Positions 26,759 to 34,176 of a stretch of 42,619 nucleotides of DNA are shown here, in pieces. The stretch spans positions 1 through 42,619 of IMG/VR virus record IMGVR_UViG_3300001528_001028; one strand, given 5' to 3'. Under the pieces are notes generated by a model. That model was not told the DNA's origin. It worked only from the letters and a program-made list of their open reading frames with translations, and searched no databases. How positions within the stretch are numbered: position 1 is the stretch's first letter; each line of letters starts with the position of its first letter. The position numbers and the translations under genes were made by a program. The stretch comes from a virus.

Positions 26759-26983
26759 CTATCGTTCCTTTTGTTTTGGGTTAAAATTCCGCGCAACGCC
26801 GACAACACAGCCGAGCCACGCATAGCTTACCTTTTTTACGCGCACCCGCAAACCGAGCTTGCGAGCCACCTTGTAAAAAAGCTTTCTGTCCGCGTCCGAT
26901 TCCAAACGCACGGGCGCGACGCGCGAACTTTCCACAAGCCGCGCCATATACTCGAAGCGCGAAAGCATTTCCTCAAACACCAT
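26759..26983 (-). CDS. Hypothetical protein (74 aa)
   Basis: ORF 3 nt upstream of ssb. Confidence 0.45.
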   Translation of the reverse strand: MVFEEMLSRFEYMARLVESSRVAPVRLESDADRKLFYKVARKLGLRVRVKKVSYAWLGCVVGVARNFNPKQKER

Positions 26984-27037
26984 AAAAACTTTCCTTCCGT
27001 TTTGAACACAACCCCCCGAACATTTCCGCCATCTTTA

Positions 27038-27130
27038 CGATAGCCCATAAAAACACGCGGCAACGCCTGCGGGAGTCGCGGGCGCGAACGCGCCCCAATT
27101 CTTCATTCTTCATTCTTCATTCTTCGTTCC
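27038..27130. repeat. Half-element E8 (spacer, box cgcctgcgggagt, hairpin gggcgcg/cgcgccc, ttcttca arm; no left arm)
   Basis: A 46-nt stretch is identical to E9 (cggcaacgcctgcgggagtcgcgggcgcgaacgcgccccaattctt). Confidence 0.8.
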
Positions 27131-27498
27131 TTAACGTGTTCCCCGTCGTCAACGGCGACAAACGGCAATTCTGGGTGAACTGCAAACTCCACAAGACAGA
27201 GGTTGGCAATGTCCACCAAATGCTCGCGGTTCTTGTCCGCCTCGTACAGCGCAAGCCGCTTTTTAATGCTTCCCACATTGTCGTACTTGTGCCTGCCCAC
27301 CTGCGCGGGAAGCGCGCCGTAGCGGAAATACCCCATCGCCATTCGGTTTCGCATAGCGTCCTCGAACTGGCGCGACCATTGCATTTTATAGATTTCGTCG
27401 AGCGACGGCGCAGGCGCACAGGGTGGGAAAATTCCCGCGCGCGCCAAGAGCCGCCCGCGAATCGCGTCGTGCTCGCACATCGGGTGAACGTCATTCAT
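27103..27498 (-). CDS. Hypothetical protein (132 aa), possibly all-alpha and NTP-pyrophosphohydrolase-like
   Basis: ATG at 27498 (MNDVHPM) overlaps the upstream stop. Contains a motif of the kind GYFRYG...EHLVDIANLCLVEF. The C-terminal RRMKNEE comes from the E8 arm. Confidence 0.4.
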   Translation of the reverse strand: MNDVHPMCEHDAIRGRLLARAGIFPPCAPAPSLDEIYKMQWSRQFEDAMRNRMAMGYFRYGALPAQVGRHKYDNVGSIKKRLALYEADKNREHLVDIANLCLVEFAVHPELPFVAVDDGEHVKERRMKNEE

Positions 27499-27781
27499 CT
27501 TTTCCCCCGAAAACGCACCTGTCCCACGCCTGCAACATAAAGCTTTCCGCCGCCGACGCTTCGGCAAGCAATACCAAAAGCCGCAAAACGCGTTCCCGTT
27601 CGACATTGCCCTTGTATGCTTCCATAGCTCCAGCGCGCGCCAAGTTGAGGTTCGCCCTGAACTGCCTGCCGCATTGCATAATTTCGCAACCCTGCCGCGC
27701 AAATTCAATACGCTGCTTGAAGACGGACTCCATTTCGTCCATTATGGCTTCCTGCTTCGTTTCGTCGTCGTTTAGCTTCAT
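27491..27781 (-). CDS. Hypothetical protein (96 aa)
   Basis: ORF coupled to both neighbours by overlaps. Confidence 0.5.
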   Translation of the reverse strand: MKLNDDETKQEAIMDEMESVFKQRIEFARQGCEIMQCGRQFRANLNLARAGAMEAYKGNVERERVLRLLVLLAEASAAESFMLQAWDRCVFGGKDE

Positions 27782-27921
27782 TTGTTTTTCCTCCTCCTGT
27801 CTGTCATAATCCGAGCAAGCCTGCTCTTGTGGATATGCGTTTTCGGTTTCGATTCCTGCGGCGCGGGGCGGACAATCTGCCCGCGCGCTACCGCTCTTTC
27901 TATAAGCTCCTTGTTCGTCAT
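27778..27921 (-). CDS. Very small basic protein (47 aa; below the ORF-track cutoff)
   Basis: My translation: MTNKELIERAVARGQIVRPAPQESKPKTHIHKSRLARIMTDRRRKNK. ATGA overlap with the next gene. Confidence 0.35.
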   Translation of the reverse strand: MTNKELIERAVARGQIVRPAPQESKPKTHIHKSRLARIMTDRRRKNK

Positions 27922-27922
27922 C

Positions 27923-28243
27923 TTATAACCTTTCCGCCGAAAGAATGTTTTCGTACATCGAAAATATCGGGATTCTCACGCCAATCAGACGCAGACGGTA
28001 GCAATCGCCTTTCCGAATACGCGCGTAGACATCGGAGGAATCGAACTTCAAACGCAGAAACTCGTCCTTGTTCGCATAGACGCCAGTGTTCGCGTAAATC
28101 AGATAAAACGAACCGTCCTTGTCCACCTTTACGGCTTTGTCTTCGATTCGGCAGATAACTTCGTGGTCGTTGAATACAAATAGATACAACGCCGCAAGAC
28201 CTATAAAGCCCAATATAAGCACAGCCAACCAATCTCTCCTCAT
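27923..28243 (-). CDS. N-terminally membrane-anchored protein (106 aa)
   Basis: Hydrophobic WLAVLILGFIGLAALYLFVF at the N-terminus. Confidence 0.5.
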   Translation of the reverse strand: MRRDWLAVLILGFIGLAALYLFVFNDHEVICRIEDKAVKVDKDGSFYLIYANTGVYANKDEFLRLKFDSSDVYARIRKGDCYRLRLIGVRIPIFSMYENILSAERL

Positions 28244-28446
28244 TTCTCGTCCTCCCGTTCTTCGGCTTTGCGTTTAAACAGTCCGTAAACCGCATTCGCA
28301 CACAGCAATTCGTCGGTTAGGTACAACATCAGCCCAATCAAAGCCAATCCCACGCCGCAGTTTAGGTTGCCGCAAAAACAAAATCCCGCGCCGACAAACA
28401 CGATTATTTGTCCGACAATACATTCAATCATTCTGTACTTGCTCAT
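28240..28446 (-). CDS. Small two-pass membrane protein (68 aa)
   Basis: aaggagg SD, 6-nt spacer, then ATG at 28446. ATGA overlap downstream. Confidence 0.5.
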   Translation of the reverse strand: MSKYRMIECIVGQIIVFVGAGFCFCGNLNCGVGLALIGLMLYLTDELLCANAVYGLFKRKAEEREDEK

Positions 28447-28834
28447 CTTTCGCCTCCTTAAAATCTTTCCAACGGATAACAACCATTTCGAGTTCTTTCT
28501 CTACATATACATTATAAAAAAACATAAAAAAATCGCGCACGCCATCAAAGCCGTCCCGACCCGACAAATCTTCCAAATCTGAATAATACAACAGAAAATC
28601 TCCAAGCGGAGTATGCGCTTCAACCCAATCGTCCACCGATTGGAGCGTTATCGGCGTAATACTCTCCACGACCGCTTCGCCAAGCTTGCGGCATTGTTTC
28701 GTCCGCAAGCCCGTATATAAAGTGAGCTTGTCGCCCACCTTGACGTTTTTCCATTTCGGCGAAGCGCGGCGGATAGTCTGCCGCTTTTCGCCCGCCAAAA
28801 TTTTGTCGATAAAAACCGTAAAATTTACGTTCAT
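28424..28834 (-). CDS. ASCH (PUA-like) domain protein (136 aa)
   Basis: FIDKILAGEKRQTIRR...VGDKLTLY pattern. ATGA overlap with the upstream gene. Confidence 0.5.
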   Translation of the reverse strand: MNVNFTVFIDKILAGEKRQTIRRASPKWKNVKVGDKLTLYTGLRTKQCRKLGEAVVESITPITLQSVDDWVEAHTPLGDFLLYYSDLEDLSGRDGFDGVRDFFMFFYNVYVEKELEMVVIRWKDFKEAKDEQVQND

Positions 28835-29190
28835 TTTACCGCCTTTCCCTTCGTAGTATTTGCACGCCGCTTTTTCGCGCAAATTGCCTTGCGTTCAGAA
28901 AGTTTTGCGCCAACTACTATTTTTTTAGAAACTGGTACTTCGTTAGTACTTGGAACGTCGGATTCAATTTTCAAACCGAAAACCGAACGCGAAATCGCAC
29001 CAATAAACTGAATGCACCAACCCGCAACACTTGCGCGCGACAGCGGCGAACCCTCGCGAATCAGCATACTGCGAATGTCGCCACCGCCTCCGTTGATGAC
29101 AAAATAAATCTCCGTTCTGTCGTCGTACGTCGCCACCTTGAAATAGCACGGGAAGCCCTCAGCCCTGATTCGGTATGTGTCGTATTTCAT
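28831..29190 (-). CDS. Hypothetical protein (119 aa)
   Basis: ORF in the coupled operon. Confidence 0.45.
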   Translation of the reverse strand: MKYDTYRIRAEGFPCYFKVATYDDRTEIYFVINGGGGDIRSMLIREGSPLSRASVAGWCIQFIGAISRSVFGLKIESDVPSTNEVPVSKKIVVGAKLSERKAICAKKRRANTTKGKAVK

Positions 29191-29504
29191 TGCGCCGCCT
29201 CCTTGTTTTTGAATGCTTTTTTTCGGTCGTTTTCGTACAAAACGTTATTCAAACCAAGCAACATATCCCATTCGACATTGATACTATCGTTGAATGCTTC
29301 CACTGCCTTTCGCATTTGGGGGCTGTATTCGTCTACTTTCAACAACGGCACTTTTTTTACCAACGTTTCGTAATTGGCATTTAGTGTTGCCAAATGCAAT
29401 TTGCCTAAATTCAGCTCTATAAGCTGTTTGGCGACTTCCACTCTCACTTGAAATAACCTTTCGAGCGTATCAAACAATTTTTTTGTCGGAATTTTACTTT
29501 TCAT
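29187..29504 (-). CDS. Hypothetical helical protein (105 aa)
   Basis: ATG at 29504 (MKSKIPTKK). Confidence 0.45.
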   Translation of the reverse strand: MKSKIPTKKLFDTLERLFQVRVEVAKQLIELNLGKLHLATLNANYETLVKKVPLLKVDEYSPQMRKAVEAFNDSINVEWDMLLGLNNVLYENDRKKAFKNKEAAQ

Positions 29505-30003
29505 CACCGACCTCCATTTCCCAAGTGTACACGTCGCCGTCAATTCTCAAACGCACGCCCTCAAAGGGGAAAGCGTATTTCCAACGGGCAAGAAGCTTAG
29601 ACCCTGGGTGTCCCGACAAAAAGCGAGGTTCGCCGAGTTGCGCAGCGCATTTTCCCGCATACTCTCCGTTCGTCCATTGTTTCCCGTCATCGGAAAATGA
29701 GCAAAATTTCCCGATTTCCAACTTTCTGCCCGTCGAGAACTGCTCTTTCGAAATCCACCCAATAACCTTATCAAGGTATTCGTCGCGCTCGTCATTTGAG
29801 TCGAAATATCTCGTGGCAATTCCATTGGTATGTTCCGCTTTGTTGAGCGAAATCCAAACGGCACTATCGGCAAAATCCAAACCGTATCCGATAAATCTAA
29901 CACAATCCGATTCTTCAAAGAACTCTTTGCCCTCAACGCCAAGCTGTTGCCCTACAAGCACACGTTCGAATTTAGCAAACCGAATTACAAGTTTCTTTGT
30001 CAT
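29494..30003 (-). CDS. Hypothetical protein (169 aa)
   Basis: ORF in the coupled operon. Confidence 0.5.
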   Translation of the reverse strand: MTKKLVIRFAKFERVLVGQQLGVEGKEFFEESDCVRFIGYGLDFADSAVWISLNKAEHTNGIATRYFDSNDERDEYLDKVIGWISKEQFSTGRKLEIGKFCSFSDDGKQWTNGEYAGKCAAQLGEPRFLSGHPGSKLLARWKYAFPFEGVRLRIDGDVYTWEMEVGDEK

Positions 30004-30007
30004 CGCC

Positions 30008-30502
30008 TTACCTTTCGTCTCCGTCGCCCTTGATTACGCCGCGCGCGGCTCTGTCGCGCAGCTTTGCAATGTTGATTTCCGCGACCTGTTCGAGCGTGTA
30101 GCCATACCCTTTGGCAAGCCCGCCGACCTCAAAAACGATGTCGGCTAAATGCTCGTCTTCGCAGTCCAAAAAAACACCTACCCAATAGACGAGCAACCGC
30201 ATTATAGTTTCGTCGAACCTGTCGTCGTCTACTTCTTCCGAAAAACAATTTTTGAGTTCTGCGGAAAAATTCGCGTCATTGTTTTTGTCATAGTAGTCCG
30301 CCAAGTTCGCGACAAACCAAAGTATGTCGCTCAGTTCTTTGATAAACGCCTTTTCGTCAAACACGCCGTCGCGCCTGCGCTTTGCAAGCTTGCCCGCCGC
30401 TTCGCCGACCTCTGCAATGAGTCCCAACGTCAAGTATTCTTCGTTGTCCGCCGTTTCCGTCCTAAACGATACGGCTTGTTTTTGGTATTCTTCAAATGTC
30501 AT
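30008..30502 (-). CDS. MazG-like nucleoside triphosphate pyrophosphohydrolase (164 aa)
   Basis: LGLIAEVGEAAGKLAKRRRDG...ELSDILWFVANLA, a typical all-alpha NTP-PPase EXXE/D pattern. Confidence 0.7.
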   Translation of the reverse strand: MTFEEYQKQAVSFRTETADNEEYLTLGLIAEVGEAAGKLAKRRRDGVFDEKAFIKELSDILWFVANLADYYDKNNDANFSAELKNCFSEEVDDDRFDETIMRLLVYWVGVFLDCEDEHLADIVFEVGGLAKGYGYTLEQVAEINIAKLRDRAARGVIKGDGDER

Positions 30503-30539
30503 TTTTATCCTTATTTTTGTTTTGGTTAATCATACCCAC

Positions 30540-30631
30540 GGATTGCCAATAAAACTTTCGGCAACGCCTGCGGGAGTCGCGGGCGCGAACGCGCCCCAAT
30601 TCTTAATTCTTCATTCTTCGTTCTTCGTTTC
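30540..30631. repeat. Half-element E9 (same end type as E8; no left arm)
   Basis: See E8. Arm aattcttaattcttcattcttcgttcttcgtttc at 30598-30631. Confidence 0.8.
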
Positions 30632-30922
30632 TTTCACAAATTCTTCGGCATTCGCCACCGCCTCGCGGCAGTTGTCAAAAACCATATTTTCCGCAACCGT
30701 TATGAGCTTGCTAAATCCCTCCGCGCGAAATTCGCAGTACACCTTGTACCACATACCGCCGCGCGCGTTCAGACACACAAGCTTCACAGTTCCCTCGACA
30801 ACTTGGCAAAGCCTGCCGTAGCCGAAGTTTTCACACGGCAACACCACAAATACCCTGTCGCCTATTAGGGGTTTCGAACGCGCGCAAGGCGCGTCCACAC
30901 ACATTACTTCATTGTTTTCCAT
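30611..30922 (-). CDS. Hypothetical protein (103 aa)
   Basis: ORF whose C-terminal ETKNEE is encoded by the E9 arm. Confidence 0.45.
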   Translation of the reverse strand: MENNEVMCVDAPCARSKPLIGDRVFVVLPCENFGYGRLCQVVEGTVKLVCLNARGGMWYKVYCEFRAEGFSKLITVAENMVFDNCREAVANAEEFVKETKNEE

Positions 30923-30962
30923 TGTTGTTTCCTTTGTTTTTTGGTTAGCACTAAGTTGAAAT

Positions 30963-32948
30963 TCAAATCCCCAAATCGCCCATCACTGGGCTTCCCTCCA
31001 CAAAATGCCGAATCGGCTTGCCGTACTGGTCGCGAAACTGCTTCGAGCGCACGTCAAACCAAACCTGCTTGTACGCCAATTCGCCCGTCCCGTTGCGCTG
31101 CTTGCCCACAAAGAACGTCGCGTCCGCCTCCGTCTGAATGCTCTTCCAATTATCGCCAATCATTCGGGCGCGCTCCATTCGCTCCGTCTTGGAAATGTTG
31201 CGCCATACGATAACCACGTTGTGAGCCAAGTCTGTTATGGACTTCGAACCCGAAACGTCGTATTTCGTCGGCGGGTTTTTGTCCTCGCGCCGCTTGTCGT
31301 TGGGCTTTTTCGCGTGGGCTACAACAAACAAATGGCAGTCGAACTCGATTACAAACTTCGCGAGCTTCTGCATTACCTTTTTGACGGAATCCAAATCGTC
31401 CTCGGCAATGTCCAAACACATTACGGAGTCCAGACAGAACAAACGCACGCCGTAGCGGCGCGCCGCATACGAGAACACCTCTATCACGTCGTCGATTCGC
31501 GCAACGCCCACACAGTCGTAGAACAGAAAATACTGCTCCAAAAAGTCGAACGCATTTTGGCGCAAGCCCGCAATCGGGTATCCCTCCTCCGTGAAGTCGT
31601 CCTTGCGCCCCGCAGTCTGACACCAAAGCGAATAAAGCGTCTTGTCTATCGGCACTTCAAGGGACGCAATGCACGCCCGCTCGCCGCCCTCCACACAAAG
31701 GTTCAAGAGCAAATCGTTCAGCCATTCCGTCTTGCCGTGCCCAGAATATCCCGAAACCACCGTAAGCTCGCCGTTGCGAATCCTGAAATGGTCGCCCAAA
31801 TTCCACGGCATCTTGCGCCCGATGTAAGCCTGCTTGCCGTCGAGCCTGTCCCAAAGCTTCTGCTTGTAGTCCGAGGGACGCTTCAACTGAATCGGGTCAA
31901 TAGCCCTGCTGCAATCAACGGCATTTTTGATGTAGTCGGGATTGTCCAAGAGCAGGTCGTTCGGGTCTTTCGCGGGCGCGGGAATCTCCACAAGCTCGCA
32001 CCTATGCGCACCCAAACGGCGGTAGAGAGTCTGCGCGGCGGCTTTGCCCACCTCGTCGTTGTCCATACAGATTTTTATCCGCTCGAAACGCGAGAGCCGC
32101 TCCCAGTCGTTGTCAATCCATTGGTTGGCGGCGTTCACCTTGCCGTCGGCGGAGTCCGCGTGAGCACCCTGCGGAACTGAAACTGCATTGTATCCGCACA
32201 TCGCAACACTCATCGCGTCGATTTCGCCCTCGCAAATTACAAGCTCGCTCGCGTCGTCGTCGATAGCCTGCCAACCCCATAAGTGGCAAGTGCCGTTCGG
32301 GTCTTGCGAACATTCCTTGTTTCCCTTTGCGTTGCGCTCCACCGCAATGTACTTGACGTTTAGCACCTGCGCCTTGTCGCCCTTGCAACTCCACACGGGA
32401 AAGGCAATCGCGGGCACTTCCTTTCCGAAGCCGCCGAACCACCTGTTGCACTGCTGAACCCTGTATTTGCGGAGAACTTCGGGGGTAAGACCGCGCTTTT
32501 CCGTGAGATAGCGGAATACTTCCGAATCCTCGGTAAGCGGAAACAAATGCTTTACGGCGATTTTCCGAACGTCCTTGTCGCTCTTGGCGGTTTCCGAAAC
32601 CTTGTAGCGGTAGTCCGACGGAGAGGAAATTCCCAGCCAGTCCCGCGCAAATTTCACCGCCTGCGGATAGGTCATTTGGCGTTGCGCCATAATGATGTTG
32701 ACAATCGAGCCGCACTTGCGCCCGCCGTCGGCAGGCTCGCCGTTCTCGAACCATAAACCGCAATTTCTCGCGTCGGAATCGTCAATGTTTACCACAAACG
32801 AATCGCCGCCCCTGTTCGAATCCAAAATGTCCGAAGCACACCAATACTTGCCCTTGCGCTTGCCGTTGGGCAGGAACTGCATACAAAACTGCAAAGCCCG
32901 CCTGTTGAGCGCGTCGGTTATCTGCCTGAAATCCGAAGCAACAGCCAT
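30963..32948 (-). CDS. Bifunctional primase-helicase (TOPRIM plus DnaB/T7-gp4-like), 661 aa
   Basis: TOPRIM motifs LVICEGEIDAMS and DNDEVGKAAA. Walker A GYSGHGKTEW. Walker B LFCLDSVM. Start at MAVASDF preceded by gaggtg. Confidence 0.8.
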   Translation of the reverse strand: MAVASDFRQITDALNRRALQFCMQFLPNGKRKGKYWCASDILDSNRGGDSFVVNIDDSDARNCGLWFENGEPADGGRKCGSIVNIIMAQRQMTYPQAVKFARDWLGISSPSDYRYKVSETAKSDKDVRKIAVKHLFPLTEDSEVFRYLTEKRGLTPEVLRKYRVQQCNRWFGGFGKEVPAIAFPVWSCKGDKAQVLNVKYIAVERNAKGNKECSQDPNGTCHLWGWQAIDDDASELVICEGEIDAMSVAMCGYNAVSVPQGAHADSADGKVNAANQWIDNDWERLSRFERIKICMDNDEVGKAAAQTLYRRLGAHRCELVEIPAPAKDPNDLLLDNPDYIKNAVDCSRAIDPIQLKRPSDYKQKLWDRLDGKQAYIGRKMPWNLGDHFRIRNGELTVVSGYSGHGKTEWLNDLLLNLCVEGGERACIASLEVPIDKTLYSLWCQTAGRKDDFTEEGYPIAGLRQNAFDFLEQYFLFYDCVGVARIDDVIEVFSYAARRYGVRLFCLDSVMCLDIAEDDLDSVKKVMQKLAKFVIEFDCHLFVVAHAKKPNDKRREDKNPPTKYDVSGSKSITDLAHNVVIVWRNISKTERMERARMIGDNWKSIQTEADATFFVGKQRNGTGELAYKQVWFDVRSKQFRDQYGKPIRHFVEGSPVMGDLGI

Positions 32949-32956
32949 CACACACC

Positions 32957-33943
32957 TCACATTCCGACGGAGGGTTCTTCGTTCTGCCACGCGCCCAACG
33001 GAACACCGAGAGGGGCGGGCGCGGAGTTTTTATTGAATTTTTTTTCGCCCGAAGCCTTCTTTTTTAGGATTTCCTCGTCGAAACACCAATCCTGCCACTC
33101 CCTCGCCATCGACTTGTCGAACATTTCCAAGACCTGCTCCACGGAAAGCCCGTCAACGTCTATGCAGTCGGCTACACGCTTTCCGTGCCTGCGCGCGGTT
33201 TCGGGCTTAATGGGCTTGCGCTTGACCGTCTTGCGGTACTCCACCCACTCGGCAAACTTGTCTTGAAGCCGCTTTATGCCCTCGGGAGAAAGCTCCGCAC
33301 CCAAATTTTCGTCCAATCCCAATTTGAAATTTTCCGCACAAGCCACCCTAAGGGGGGTTGGGGGGGTTAATATCTTATCTATCTTATCTATCTTATCTAT
33401 CGCTTGGGGGGTTGCTTGGGCACTGCTTGGGCACTGCTCGGGCACTGCTTCACCACCGCTTGGGCACTGCTTGGGCAGTGCTTCGTCTTCGCTTGTGTCC
33501 CGCTCGGTCTTCGTTTCCGTTTCGCTTGCCGTTCGCTTATGCTTCGCTTGCCCATCGCTTCCGCTTCGCTTGCCTTTCGCTTGGGTAGAGCTTGGGCACT
33601 GCTTGCCCTTTGCTTCGCTCGCCTTTCTGTCGCCGTTTTTCCAACATACGAACAGAGAGCGGTTTACCTCTGCATAGTCGTGAAGACGCACAAGATTCTG
33701 GAAGTTCTCCTCGTCTTCGCCAAGCTCTTCTATAAGGTTCAGCTCCAAGAGAGAGCTAAAAAACAGCCCTTTTTGCCCTTGAAACTTGGCGATTGCCTCC
33801 AACTGTCTTTTCGGGAGCAAGTCCGATTTTCTGATTTGGGCAAACGCCCAAAGACGGAGCAGACACCGCAAAGCCGATTCGCCGCAAGACAAGATGAGGG
33901 CTTCGATTTTCCAGTGGTCGGGTAAGTCGGTTTCGATAATCAT
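32957..33943 (-). CDS. Replication initiator/organizer-like protein with an embedded repeat array (328 aa)
   Basis: Position directly upstream of the primase-helicase, central disordered linker, start at MIIETDLPDH (ATGA overlap upstream). Confidence 0.4.
   Translation of the reverse strand: MIIETDLPDHWKIEALILSCGESALRCLLRLWAFAQIRKSDLLPKRQLEAIAKFQGQKGLFFSSLLELNLIEELGEDEENFQNLVRLHDYAEVNRSLFVCWKNGDRKASEAKGKQCPSSTQAKGKRSGSDGQAKHKRTASETETKTERDTSEDEALPKQCPSGGEAVPEQCPSSAQATPQAIDKIDKIDKILTPPTPLRVACAENFKLGLDENLGAELSPEGIKRLQDKFAEWVEYRKTVKRKPIKPETARRHGKRVADCIDVDGLSVEQVLEMFDKSMAREWQDWCFDEEILKKKASGEKKFNKNSAPAPLGVPLGAWQNEEPSVGM
33372..33622. repeat. Candidate origin/centromere array: 3.3 x atcttatct (33372-33401) followed by 19 phased 11-bp units (33414-33622)
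   Basis: GCTT/GCTC/GTTT recurs at exact 11-bp steps from 33414 to 33612. The best unit is gcttgggcact. Confidence 0.6.
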
Positions 33944-34176
33944 TTCGAAGCCCTCCCGTCGTCGATTATGTCGCAGAACGAAACTACGGCAAGCAGTACA
34001 ATGGAAGACATTCCGCAAACAACCACCGTGCCGAGACACAACGCGGAACATACGTTAAGGAAGTTCGGACTGGTAATGAACGCCGCGGCAACCAGAAACC
34101 CGACCGTCGCAATAATCGCGACAAGGAAAAGGTACAACGCCGAACGCAGGAGTATGATTTCGGTTTCGCGCGACAT
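33940..34176 (-). CDS. Small two-pass membrane protein (78 aa)
   Basis: Two hydrophobic segments. Overlaps of the TAATG and ATGA kind with its neighbours. Confidence 0.5.
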   Translation of the reverse strand: MSRETEIILLRSALYLFLVAIIATVGFLVAAAFITSPNFLNVCSALCLGTVVVCGMSSIVLLAVVSFCDIIDDGRASK

